Shown: positions 27,470 to 36,681, counted from the stretch's first letter. The stretch: 64,000 nucleotides of DNA from Methanomassiliicoccaceae archaeon UBA421 (GCA_002498365.1 DAHB01000004.1:123666-187665), one strand, 5' to 3'. Notes: generated by a model from the letters alone, not told the origin. A program made the numbers and translations.

Positions 27470-28867
27470 ATGTCATCCGGAACAACGAGAAAAAGACCGA
27501 TAAAGGCTGTGGACAACATGTTCCACGACCGTATGACGGTCGGTATAGAAAAGATCAGAGCCCGCATCAAGGGCTCAGTCAAGGATTTTACAGAAGAACA
27601 CCGCCCCCCTCCGAAAAAAGTACGGACCGCGAAGGAAATATTCGGCGGAGCGGAGACCCCGACGGACAAAGAGGGCAATCAGATCATGATCAGGGTGCGG
27701 AACCTATCGAAGATCTACGGAAAGCACCCCGGGGAAGCGCTCAGACTCCTGGAGGGCGGCCTGAGCAAAGAGGAGGTGCAGGAAAGGACCCCGAACAACG
27801 TCGGCCTCTATGACGTGTCCTTCGACGTCATGAGAGGAGAGATATTCGTGCTCATGGGGCTGTCGGGTTCCGGAAAATCTACCTTGGAACGCTGCATGAA
27901 CAGGCTCGTCGAACCGACGTCGGGACAAGTGCTCATAGACGGTCTGGATTTCACCGCCCTCGGCGAAGAGGACCTTCGCATCGCGAGGCGGGAGAAGATG
28001 TCCATGGTATTCCAGAACTTCGGACTGCTCCCCCATAGGGATGTGAAGAACAACGTGGCCTACGGCCTCGAGATGCAGGGCGTCCCTGAATCGAAACGCC
28101 TGGAAAAATCAAGGGAGGCAATAGAGCTCGTCGGCCTTTCGGGGTACGAGGACAGCATGCCTTCCGACCTCAGCGGCGGGATGAAGCAGAGGGTGGGGCT
28201 TGCGAGAGCGCTCGCCACCGACCCGGACATACTGTTCATGGACGAGGCCTTCAGCGCCCTGGACCCCCTTATCAGGAGCGACATGCAGGACGAGCTCATC
28301 AGGATACAGTCCAAACTGGGCAAGACCGTCGTATTCGTCACCCACGATCTGGACGAGGCCCTGAAGATGGGCGACAGGATAGCCCTCATGAAAGACGGGA
28401 GGATAGTTCAGGTGGGCCGTGCGGAAGAAATACTCCAGGACCCCGCGGACGAATACGTGGACCGTTTCGTCAGAGAAGTGGACCGGACCAAGATCTTGAC
28501 CGCGGGCCTGTTCATGAGGAAGCCCAGGAGGGTCCTGTACGTCACACAGGGTCCGAGGACCGCGCTGAAGCTCATGGACAGCTCGGACAGGAACGATATG
28601 CTGGTCATAAACCGTGACAACCGCCTTCTCGGAATGGTAGAGTCCGACGACGTGCTCCGTGCGGTACAGTCGGGAGACAAAGACCTTTCGAAAGTGGTCA
28701 TCAAGGAGATTCCTGCAGTGGGCCCGGACACTCCCATGAAAGAGGTAATACAGATAATGGTGACCACGGACTTCCCCATCCCCGTGGTGGACGGGGACGG
28801 CGTATTCCTGGGAGTGGTGAGCCCTTCGGTGGCCGCCGACACCATGGGGCCGGGAGGTGAGGAGTGA
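27470..28867 (+). CDS. opuAA: glycine betaine/proline ABC transporter ATP-binding protein with C-terminal CBS pair (OpuAA/ProV)
   Basis: GLSGSGKST Walker A, LSGGMKQR signature, FMDEAFSALD Walker B, then CBS domains. The conserved part starts at the ATG at 27686 (MIRVRNLSKIYG). The 72-aa basic N-terminal extension from 27470 has coding-like codon usage but is uncertain. Confidence 0.85.
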   Translation: MSSGTTRKRPIKAVDNMFHDRMTVGIEKIRARIKGSVKDFTEEHRPPPKKVRTAKEIFGGAETPTDKEGNQIMIRVRNLSKIYGKHPGEALRLLEGGLSKEEVQERTPNNVGLYDVSFDVMRGEIFVLMGLSGSGKSTLERCMNRLVEPTSGQVLIDGLDFTALGEEDLRIARREKMSMVFQNFGLLPHRDVKNNVAYGLEMQGVPESKRLEKSREAIELVGLSGYEDSMPSDLSGGMKQRVGLARALATDPDILFMDEAFSALDPLIRSDMQDELIRIQSKLGKTVVFVTHDLDEALKMGDRIALMKDGRIVQVGRAEEILQDPADEYVDRFVREVDRTKILTAGLFMRKPRRVLYVTQGPRTALKLMDSSDRNDMLVINRDNRLLGMVESDDVLRAVQSGDKDLSKVVIKEIPAVGPDTPMKEVIQIMVTTDFPIPVVDGDGVFLGVVSPSVAADTMGPGGEE

Positions 28868-29688
28868 TGTCTTCTCCCGTAGGAGTCTTCGCGGACAAGC
28901 TTGTGGACTTTATAGAGTACTACTTCGGCTGGCTGCTGACGCTGTTCAAAGAAATCCTTGATCTGGCACTTGAACTGCTGGGATACGTTCTGAACTATCC
29001 CGGTCCGGCATTGTTCATACTGGTGCTAATAGGCGTTTCGGTGCTGATCACCAAACGCATCGTCCTACCGCTGCTCATCGGCGCGGCCTTCTGCATAATC
29101 TGGTGGATGGGATACTGGGAGAGCTCGATGGTCACGCTCAACATGGTGCTTGTGGCTACTGCCGTAGCCGTTATCATAGCGGTCCCCTTGGGGATCTGGG
29201 CGGCCAACAGCGAGAATGCGAATCCCGTAATCAAGGCTTTGATGGACTTCATGCAGACCATGCCCGCCTTCGTATACCTGATACCGGCGGTCATATTCTT
29301 CGGGCTCGGAGCGGTGCCAGGCGTCATAGCCACGGTCATCTTCGCCATGCCCCCGGTCGTAAGGCTTACGAACCTGGGCATAAGGCAGGTCCCGCCGGAG
29401 ATGAACGAGGTTGCGGACGCCTTCGGATCGACCAAATGGCAGAAGCTCACCAAAGTTCAACTTCCGATCGCTATGCCTTCGATAATGGCCGGCATCAACC
29501 AATGCATCATGCTTTCGCTGTCGATGGTCGTCATCGCCGCAATGATCGGCGGAGGAGGACTCGGCGGAGATATCGTGTATGCGCTCAGCAGGATCGACAT
29601 CGCCATGGGATTCGAGGCCGGCCTGGCAATAGTGCTGATCGCAGTGACCTTGGACAGATTGACCCAGTCTTTCAAAGGAGAGGCCTGA
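28864..29688 (+). CDS. opuAB: glycine betaine/proline ABC transporter permease (OpuAB/ProW)
   Basis: Multi-TM BPD-transporter pattern. Start overlaps the opuAA stop. Confidence 0.88.
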   Translation: MMSSPVGVFADKLVDFIEYYFGWLLTLFKEILDLALELLGYVLNYPGPALFILVLIGVSVLITKRIVLPLLIGAAFCIIWWMGYWESSMVTLNMVLVATAVAVIIAVPLGIWAANSENANPVIKALMDFMQTMPAFVYLIPAVIFFGLGAVPGVIATVIFAMPPVVRLTNLGIRQVPPEMNEVADAFGSTKWQKLTKVQLPIAMPSIMAGINQCIMLSLSMVVIAAMIGGGGLGGDIVYALSRIDIAMGFEAGLAIVLIAVTLDRLTQSFKGEA

Positions 29689-29712
29689 GGTAAAGGACAC
29701 TGGTGGAAAGAA

Positions 29713-30618
29713 ATGAAAACGAAATATCTGAAGATTGGGGCGATAGCCATAGTTGTCGCCTTCCTTGCCACCGGAACCTATCTCTTCGCAGGCGAATCCT
29801 ACGACGAAAAAATAGAGAAGACGGGGACGGTGCTCGAAGACGGGGCCATATCGGGACTTGTGGTGCCCGCATACACGGCAGAATCGCTGAACGTGACTTC
29901 AATCTCCGATCTGAACGGTCATGCATCGGAATTCGACAATGAGATCATCGGGATCGATCCAGGTGCCGGGATAACGGAACTGACTAAAAAGGTAGTTGAC
30001 GAGTATGGCCTGAGCCTGAGTTTCGTAACGAGTTCCGAGGCCGCGATGCTGGCGGCCCTCGATACCGCATACAGGTCCGAGGACCACATAGTCGTTACCC
30101 TATGGGACCCTCACTGGGTGACCGGCGTGTATGACCTGGTGTACCTTGACGACCCCAAGCTGGTCTACGGCGAGGCGGAGTCCATCGAGTCCTGGGCCAG
30201 GCCCGGGCTGATAGCCGAGGATCCGACACTGGCCAAGATAATGGAGCAATACTCTTTCGAAATTGATGAGTTCAGCGAACTCCTGGCATATATCGAATCC
30301 AACAAGGACGGCATGTCCGTCGGCGAGGCGGCCCGGAACTGGATAGATGAAAACCCGGATGCCAAGGAAAGGTGGCTGGACGGCGTGGAATACCAGGGTG
30401 GCCGCGGAAACATCGAGATCGGACTTGTCAGCTGGGCATGTGCGATCGGCAGCTCCAACGTCCTTAAGATCCTATTAGAGAACGTGGGTTATTCCGTGAC
30501 GCTGACCACTATCGATGCGGGGGTGATGTACGCCGGCCTGGCCTATGGGAACATAGACCTGATCACCACGGCCTGGGTGCCGCTGACGCACGCCCAGTAT
30601 ATGGAGAAGTACGCCTGA
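29713..30618 (+). CDS. opuAC: glycine betaine-binding protein (OpuAC family), membrane-anchored
   Basis: N-terminal TM anchor and an OpuAC-like pattern (WDPHW...YDL.YLDDPK..YG). Operon context. Confidence 0.8.
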   Translation: MKTKYLKIGAIAIVVAFLATGTYLFAGESYDEKIEKTGTVLEDGAISGLVVPAYTAESLNVTSISDLNGHASEFDNEIIGIDPGAGITELTKKVVDEYGLSLSFVTSSEAAMLAALDTAYRSEDHIVVTLWDPHWVTGVYDLVYLDDPKLVYGEAESIESWARPGLIAEDPTLAKIMEQYSFEIDEFSELLAYIESNKDGMSVGEAARNWIDENPDAKERWLDGVEYQGGRGNIEIGLVSWACAIGSSNVLKILLENVGYSVTLTTIDAGVMYAGLAYGNIDLITTAWVPLTHAQYMEKYA

Positions 30619-30774
30619 GGCAGTTCGGTCGAAGGGGAAATAAAACTTCTTAACTTTTTTCAGCTTTTTAATGCAACGACCGATGCCTGTCTTGAAAAAT
30701 GGAAAAATTACATTAATGTCTTCATATGCCGTTGTTCAGTTAATTTAAAATCAGCAGAGAAGTCATCACGTAAC

Positions 30775-31359
30775 ATGAGGTACTGCACTGTTTGCGGATT
30801 TGCTCTCGACGATGATGCCAGATTCTGCCCGGGGTGCGGGACTCCCGCATCTGCGGAGAGGTCCGTCTTTTCGGACCCTCATGAGGGAGGCACCGGGCCC
30901 TCGATAACGGCAGAAAACCTGTTCAATACTACGAAACAGGAGCTGTCGGACCTCTTCTCCTACAGCAGGCTGGGAAAGGAATTCACCGGAGATATCTCCT
31001 TCGTGCGGGATAGGGTCCGCAGGACCGTGAGCGGCACGCCGGCGGAGACCCTCCGGAGCATCGCCGATTCCAATATGGCCGACGTGCGCCGGAGGCTGTC
31101 GCAGATCGACGACGGCATCAACGACCGGAACTGGGGCAACATAGTAGATTTCATGAAGAATGGGCTACCGGCGGCGATCGTCTCATACTTCTACGATCCT
31201 GCCCTGGCAACCGAAGTGAAGAACGTCATGGAACGTCTGAAGGCACTGTCGAGAAAGGGATGGGACAAGACGGGGTTCCTCGGGAAGGCCGCGGTGCCCT
31301 CGGCCAAGTTCGAAGACATATACGTGTTGCGTTACGTGACATCAAACATCAAGTTCTGA
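30775..31359 (+). CDS. zinc-ribbon domain protein, function unknown
   Basis: N-terminal C..C-x11-C..C (MRYCTVCGF...FCPGCG). The rest is unrecognised. Confidence 0.55.
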   Translation: MRYCTVCGFALDDDARFCPGCGTPASAERSVFSDPHEGGTGPSITAENLFNTTKQELSDLFSYSRLGKEFTGDISFVRDRVRRTVSGTPAETLRSIADSNMADVRRRLSQIDDGINDRNWGNIVDFMKNGLPAAIVSYFYDPALATEVKNVMERLKALSRKGWDKTGFLGKAAVPSAKFEDIYVLRYVTSNIKF

Positions 31360-32033
31360 GAAGATCCAGAGGTAGCACGCGTGGGGCCTTACGCCGGCTC
31401 GTCACCATTTCCGGGCCATTGCTCCACCCAGGGAGTTTTCCCGGAATCATCGGACACCTTACGCTTCATCCCCAACTTGTGAGGAATCTTCACACATGGG
31501 TGGCTCAACCGGAATCGTCAATGACGTTCAGGCTTGTCATCCACATGCTGTGGGGCTCTGGGCGTTTTGGAAGTGAGCAGCTTTTCCCGATATGGGATCT
31601 TTCTCCAGCGTCTTACTCCGCCCGTGCGATTCCCACGCGTGCATCCACTAATATGAGATATACGATATTTATAATTTTCCCAAGTTACATCCATATGCAC
31701 ACATAAATGCACTGCGTTCCTCTCTGTTTGATTATAACGGAACGTCGAGGGCCGATCGTCCAGTTATAAACCGAGCATCAAGAAAAAGGAAAGCCCAGAC
31801 CGGGCGATAGAAGTATACAGACCGCAGAATCGATTGAATTTAAGTATTACCTGGTTCGACAGGCCTTTAAAAAACGTAAATCTTCATGCTTTCTCGTTAG
31901 AAGAACCGTCTTATCGGCGGGATTCCGAAGCGTGCGCGTCGCCGAATGGATGTCGACGGAATTAATCTATGGTTGATCGGCTTCATCGGGGAGGCATGTA
32001 TTCTCTCTTAAAACCGACCGGCCAGATAGAAAG

Positions 32034-32111
32034 TGGTGGGCCCAATGTGATTCGAACACATGACCTCCCGGTTATCAGCCGGGCGCTCCATCCAGGCTAA
32101 GCTATGGGCCC
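32034..32111 (-). tRNA. tRNA-Ile (anticodon GAU), CCA encoded
   Basis: Hand fold of the reverse complement GGGCCCATAGCTTAGCCTGGATGGAGCGCCCGGCTGATAACCGGG...TTCGAAT...TGGGCCCACCA. All four arms are canonical. Confidence 0.93.
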
Positions 32112-32214
32112 AATAAGGGACTTCAATAAAGAAGTATGATATAAACATTCCCCTCCCGCGGCCGACTACCAGATAATACGGAAAATTGATAACCGGAACC
32201 GGCCATGTGCACCC

Positions 32215-32691
32215 ATGGAGCCCATATTCAGCGAGAGGATGCGAGTTGTCCCGGTCACGGCAGAAGGGGCCCTGCTCGCCATACTCGTGCCCACCGACGC
32301 GTTCATTCTCATCAGCGCCGCTCTCGGATGGGTCACCTGGTGGCTTTTCGCCGCTATGGCGGCGGTCACGGCATTCATGTTCCTTCTTTCCAGATTATTC
32401 ATCCTCAAAACCGATGTTTATGACGATAGGGTAGTGATCAAGTACTTCAAGACCAGAAACTACAGGATGGAAAAGATAAGGGACCGCCGTTACGGTGTGA
32501 TGAATGACATAAGGAACTTCGCCGGCGTGGGTCTCCGCGGTCTGCGTTACCGCAACTACCTGTGCGCAGGATGCGAGACGGGAGTTGTTTTTCTCACGCA
32601 GGGGTCTGTGGTCGCTGTGTCCTCATATAGGGCCGAGGAGCTTGCGGGGCTTCTCCCCAAGGCCGTACCTAAACCCAAGGAGGAGGAGTGA
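32215..32691 (+). CDS. hypothetical membrane protein (2 TM plus soluble C-terminal domain)
   Basis: Hydrophobic N-terminal half. Stop overlaps the next gene's start (GTGATG). Confidence 0.5.
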   Translation: MEPIFSERMRVVPVTAEGALLAILVPTDAFILISAALGWVTWWLFAAMAAVTAFMFLLSRLFILKTDVYDDRVVIKYFKTRNYRMEKIRDRRYGVMNDIRNFAGVGLRGLRYRNYLCAGCETGVVFLTQGSVVAVSSYRAEELAGLLPKAVPKPKEEE

Positions 32692-33140
32692 TGCAGCCCG
32701 TCTTCCGATGGGTCAGAGTCAGAGTCATGTGCTATGCCACAGAAGATAGGGACAGGATAGCCGAAGTTTTCAGAACGTTCATCGGGACCGACGAATGGAA
32801 CGAGGATGTGGTCGAGGGTGAGATGGGCAACATCACCGTGATAATGGACGCCGAGATCACCAGGCAGAAAGACATCGATGGGATCTTTGTAAGGCTCGGC
32901 GATGAGACCGTCGACCGGATATCGTCAGAGCTCGAAGACCGCACCGACGAAGACTGCACATTCTATGTCAGACTGGACAAGCAGAAGGCATTCTCAGGCA
33001 CTTACTCGGTGGCGACGGGAGGGGACGTAATATCGCTGACATGCAAGATAGCGTCATATCCCGCCAGGCGCGAGCTCGCCGTGGACATTCTGAGACATTA
33101 TCTCAGCTCTCTCCCCCGGTCGGCGCCTGAACCTCTTTGA
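32688..33140 (+). CDS. UPF0201/DUF54-like putative RNA-binding protein (COG1931-like)
   Basis: Size and the V.V.V.CYATEDRD.I...F pattern resemble the archaeal UPF0201 family, from memory only. Confidence 0.55.
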   Translation: MMQPVFRWVRVRVMCYATEDRDRIAEVFRTFIGTDEWNEDVVEGEMGNITVIMDAEITRQKDIDGIFVRLGDETVDRISSELEDRTDEDCTFYVRLDKQKAFSGTYSVATGGDVISLTCKIASYPARRELAVDILRHYLSSLPRSAPEPL

Positions 33141-34392
33141 TATCGAAACGGGCCTCCTTGACGCGACGGCCCTTGATGGATTTTACGGTTATCTTCACAT
33201 TATCGTTGTCTACAACCGCTCCCTTGTAGGGGATATCCTCGATCTTGTATTGTATGTACCCGCTTACGTTGTAGTCTACGTAATCTTCTGGGTCGAACTT
33301 AAGTCCCAGATCATCCATCACATTGTAGATGTTGGCGTCGCCGATGACCGTATAGGAGCCGTCTGCCTCCCTCACCACGGGGAGTTTGACGTCATCGCTC
33401 TCGTCCCATATCTCGCCCACCAGCTCCTCGATTATGTCTTCGAGGGTTACGATCCCTAGTGTGCCGCCGAAGGAGTCCAGCACCACTGCCATGTGGACCT
33501 TGGTCTTCTGCAAGGTGTTGAGGACCTCGGCGATGCTGGTGGACTCCTGGAAGAATTTCACCTGCCTAATTATATCGATAAGGTTGAAATTGTCGTTGTT
33601 GACGACCCTTCTGAAGAAGTCCTTGGCGTTGACAACCCCGATGATCCGGTCGATGCTACCGTCGTATATTGGGATCCTGGAGTAACCCGTGTAGGTGAAT
33701 AGCTCCTTGAGCTCGTCCATATTGATGTCCTTGCTTGCGGCCATTATATCGACTCTGGGTATGTAGACCTCGGACAGGGGGGTGTCGTCGAACGTGATTG
33801 CTGACTTGATGAGATCGCTTTCGGTCTTCTCCAGGGTCCCTTCCTCTTCGATCTCGTCGATCATGACCACCAGCTCGTCTTCCGTGAGAGTCAGGGTGGT
33901 TTTTTTCTTGGACTCCTTGGTGAACACCGAGCTGAGCTTGATGAAGAACCAGGTGATCGGAGTGAGCACCGTCACTGCAAGGGTAAGGGAGCCGGCGAGC
34001 TTCAGAGCATAGTGCTCCGCTCTCCGCTTCGCGATGTTCTTGGGAGCTATCTCTCCGAAAGTAAGGATTATCATCGTCATGAACACGGTCGCCACGACTG
34101 TTCCCAAGGCCGGGCTGTCGGGAAACAGCTGCTGGGTGAAAAGCATGGTACAGGTTGTGGAGGCGGCTATGTTGAGTATGTTGTTGCCTACGAGTATGGT
34201 GGTAAGAAGCCTCTCGAAATCCTCGGACAGCGCAAGCGCCCTGGTAGCGCTCTTGGACCCGTCGCACTCCAGCTTCTTCAGGCGGATGTTGTTGACACTG
34301 GAGTAGGCCATTTCAGACATTGAGAAATATACTGCCCCAAACAGGAGCACGATTATTATTACCGATAGAATCGCGACGAGTCCGACGTCCAT
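33103..34392 (-). CDS. CNNM/CorB-family transporter (DUF21 + CBS pair + CorC_HlyC)
   Basis: N-terminal 4-TM DUF21, a CBS pair, and a C-terminal CorC/HlyC domain; 429 aa. Confidence 0.88.
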   Translation of the reverse strand: MDVGLVAILSVIIIVLLFGAVYFSMSEMAYSSVNNIRLKKLECDGSKSATRALALSEDFERLLTTILVGNNILNIAASTTCTMLFTQQLFPDSPALGTVVATVFMTMIILTFGEIAPKNIAKRRAEHYALKLAGSLTLAVTVLTPITWFFIKLSSVFTKESKKKTTLTLTEDELVVMIDEIEEEGTLEKTESDLIKSAITFDDTPLSEVYIPRVDIMAASKDINMDELKELFTYTGYSRIPIYDGSIDRIIGVVNAKDFFRRVVNNDNFNLIDIIRQVKFFQESTSIAEVLNTLQKTKVHMAVVLDSFGGTLGIVTLEDIIEELVGEIWDESDDVKLPVVREADGSYTVIGDANIYNVMDDLGLKFDPEDYVDYNVSGYIQYKIEDIPYKGAVVDNDNVKITVKSIKGRRVKEARFDIKEVQAPTGGES

Positions 34393-34453
34393 CTCAGATC
34401 AACCCGTTCGTCTCAAGCGTACCAAGGGACACTTCTTTAATCCTGCCATGTCG

Positions 34454-34480
34454 CACTGACGCTTCGATTAAGCGACAGTG
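34454..34480 (-). promoter_or_regulatory. palindromic hairpin/operator candidate just downstream of a TATA-like box in the CNNM promoter region
   Basis: CACTG-A-CGCTT [cgatt] AAGCG-A-CAGTG: 10 bp pair, with one A-A mismatch. It lies 62 nt upstream of the CNNM ATG. Confidence 0.35.
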
Positions 34481-34580
34481 GGATATAATGTTTGTGAAAG
34501 GATCTGCACCGGAACTGACGAAATAAATGAAACTATGGTAAAAATAAGGAAGGGGTTTGTTACTGGCATGTGCTTCGTGC

Positions 34581-35192
34581 TTACATTCCCATCTTGCTCT
34601 TGACGTCGTTCGAGAGAACGGCGACCAGGAGGAAGGCGTAAAGAATGAATTCACAGAGGCTCAGGACTGCTACTATCACCATATCGATGACGGCCATGTC
34701 CGTGAGGAACGGAGTGATTATTCCTATGAGCGAGACGATTGTGAGCACAAGGAACACGATCACGAGGATGATCCAGATGATCTTGTCGAATGTGTCTGCG
34801 GTGCCGTCGGTGATCCTCTTGGCGATCCACATGAGGATCAGACCGAAGATCAGAGCAATGACTATCTCCACGACTCCACTAGCTATGGAATCGTCGACCA
34901 TGAGTCCTGCTCCGGTGAATATTCCGACGACGATCGTTGCAAGTCCGACAAAGTTTACGAACTTACCGAGGATGCTGAAAGCATTTGTGTCCTCGCCCCT
35001 GTAAATAGGCAGTCCTATCCCAAGAATCAGGACACCGTAGAGGATCGTACCGATCGATGCTACGACTGAACCAGTCGCCATCGGATCGGCAAGCGCCCCG
35101 TTTACGATTGCCAAGATTCCTGCCAGTATGCTGACGATACCGATAACCACGGCCGCCAGTCCAAAATTTTTAGGGTTGTCAATGAATGACAT
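34581..35192 (-). CDS. hypothetical polytopic membrane protein (about 6 TM)
   Basis: Strongly hydrophobic 203-aa ORF with Gly/Ile/Val-rich helices. No family was recognised. Confidence 0.55.
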   Translation of the reverse strand: MSFIDNPKNFGLAAVVIGIVSILAGILAIVNGALADPMATGSVVASIGTILYGVLILGIGLPIYRGEDTNAFSILGKFVNFVGLATIVVGIFTGAGLMVDDSIASGVVEIVIALIFGLILMWIAKRITDGTADTFDKIIWIILVIVFLVLTIVSLIGIITPFLTDMAVIDMVIVAVLSLCEFILYAFLLVAVLSNDVKSKMGM

Positions 35193-35326
35193 GGTCTATG
35201 AACCGGCAAAGGAAATATATATACTATTCTAAATTACGTCTGCTTTATAATAATCACAATTAACAGAAAAAAGGCAACTGGGTCTTTATTTTATCAAGTT
35301 TTCTGATTAATAATATCAATCGTTTA

Positions 35327-35354
35327 TTGTCGTAATTTCGATTTGTCGTAATTT
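35327..35354 (+). repeat. tandem direct repeat TTGTCGTAATTT x2 (16-bp phase) upstream of an AT-rich TATA-like stretch
   Basis: Exact 12-mers at 35327-35338 and 35343-35354, about 45 nt upstream of the ATG at 35397. Confidence 0.4.
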
Positions 35355-35396
35355 TATTTATATTATAATAATATACGAGCCCAAGAGCTGACCGCC

Positions 35397-35627
35397 ATGG
35401 CAAGCGAATTTACATACGAGATCGTCGAGGAGATAGCGACACTGTCCCAATCTTCGAAGGGCTGGACCAAAGAACTGAACCTCATCAGCTGGAACGAGAG
35501 GGAACCAAAGTATGACATAAGAGAGTGGTCTCCGGACAGGAGCAAGATGGGAAAAGGGGTCACTCTGTCCAACGAAGAGGTCTCGATTCTGAAGAAGGCC
35601 CTCGACTCCAGAGAAGATATAGAGTAA
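35397..35627 (+). CDS. YdbC-family PC4-like ssDNA-binding protein (DUF2128)
   Basis: 76 aa. KGWTKELNLISWNEREPKYDIREWSPDRSKMGKGVTLSNEE closely matches the remembered Lactococcus YdbC sequence. Confidence 0.8.
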   Translation: MASEFTYEIVEEIATLSQSSKGWTKELNLISWNEREPKYDIREWSPDRSKMGKGVTLSNEEVSILKKALDSREDIE

Positions 35628-35660
35628 TCTCCGCATTCCTGTACACCGGGGAGCGTCCGA

Positions 35661-36551
35661 ATGTCTGATAACAAAGTGGGCTATCTGGAGCGTTTCCTCG
35701 GAGGGGTCGATAAGATAGAGTCCGGCCGCCCCGGAGGTATATCCGGCGACAGGTGGCTGACCGTGTACTATAGGCCTGAATACGCACCTGTGCTGCTCAG
35801 ATATCTCTCCTACGGTAACGAGAACGTGAGGGCGGAGACCGTGATGCTCCTTACAGACGTCAGAGAACCTGCGGCCGCGGACGCAGTACGCAGTATGAGC
35901 GTTTCAGACACCGGGAAGGTCAGGGGAGCGTGCATAGGATACCTGAACGCGGTCTCCGACGCCGGAGGCCGTGTCCCCTCGCTGATGGACGTTCTGAAAC
36001 ACTCGCGTGGCGAAGAGTTCTCCAAGGCCGCATCGCTTATGGGTTCCTTAGGACGGAAGGAGGACATAGATGAACTCCGAAAGATATATGGCCAGGTTCG
36101 CGGGGAGATGCGCAAGGAATTGTTCGGAGCCCTCGAACGCATAATCGGACGCTATCCGGACCTTGGTCCCAAGCGCGGCCTGTTCCTGTCGGTGCCCGTG
36201 CCTCCGGACGAGGACGCCTACGACCGGTTCATTACAGTTTCAACGGAATATCTCGACAAACGCTATAGAGAGAACGTTTCGGCGCAGAAGAAGATCGATG
36301 CCAAGACCGCCAACAACGTTTCCGCCGCCCTCGCAAAAATGAGGACAAGGATCTACAACGAATCAGATAATCTGCAGCACTATGGCGCCGAGGAGTCCGA
36401 GAGGACCTCTGAGCTCACAGAGCTTATCCGATGGGCTTCCGAGGACCTAGCCTCGAAAACCGTTCTTCAGGGTGGCCCCGGGCACCTCTGCCCCAAATGC
36501 GGAGCGCAGATGATATTGTACCGCGGGCTGTGGTCATGCCCCGAATGTTGA
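35661..36551 (+). CDS. HEAT-repeat-like protein with C-terminal zinc ribbon
   Basis: NENVRAETVMLL..V.EPAA.DAV repeat-like segments. The C-terminus is CPKCG-x13-CPEC. Confidence 0.5.
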   Translation: MSDNKVGYLERFLGGVDKIESGRPGGISGDRWLTVYYRPEYAPVLLRYLSYGNENVRAETVMLLTDVREPAAADAVRSMSVSDTGKVRGACIGYLNAVSDAGGRVPSLMDVLKHSRGEEFSKAASLMGSLGRKEDIDELRKIYGQVRGEMRKELFGALERIIGRYPDLGPKRGLFLSVPVPPDEDAYDRFITVSTEYLDKRYRENVSAQKKIDAKTANNVSAALAKMRTRIYNESDNLQHYGAEESERTSELTELIRWASEDLASKTVLQGGPGHLCPKCGAQMILYRGLWSCPEC

Positions 36552-36681
36552 CCTGTTTTGTACAAACCTTTAAATTCAGAACGTCAATCCAAACTCAGGC
36601 ATTCTAATATAGCTCCCTGTACGCCGTAGGGAAGAGTTAGGAAGTAGTATTGGGGCCGAAAGAACATAGGAGATAGAAAAT

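Noticed and set aside
31375-31650. Minus-strand GGAGAAAGATCC and GACGAGCCGGCGTAAGG looked vaguely like RNase P CR-I/CR-V, and GGCCCGGAAATGG looked like an SRP RNA helix-8 GGAA loop.
   Set aside because: The two putative P4 strands are not complementary. The spacing for P2/P3 is too short. The SRP-like stem flanking GGAA does not pair. No confident RNA family assignment is possible by eye.
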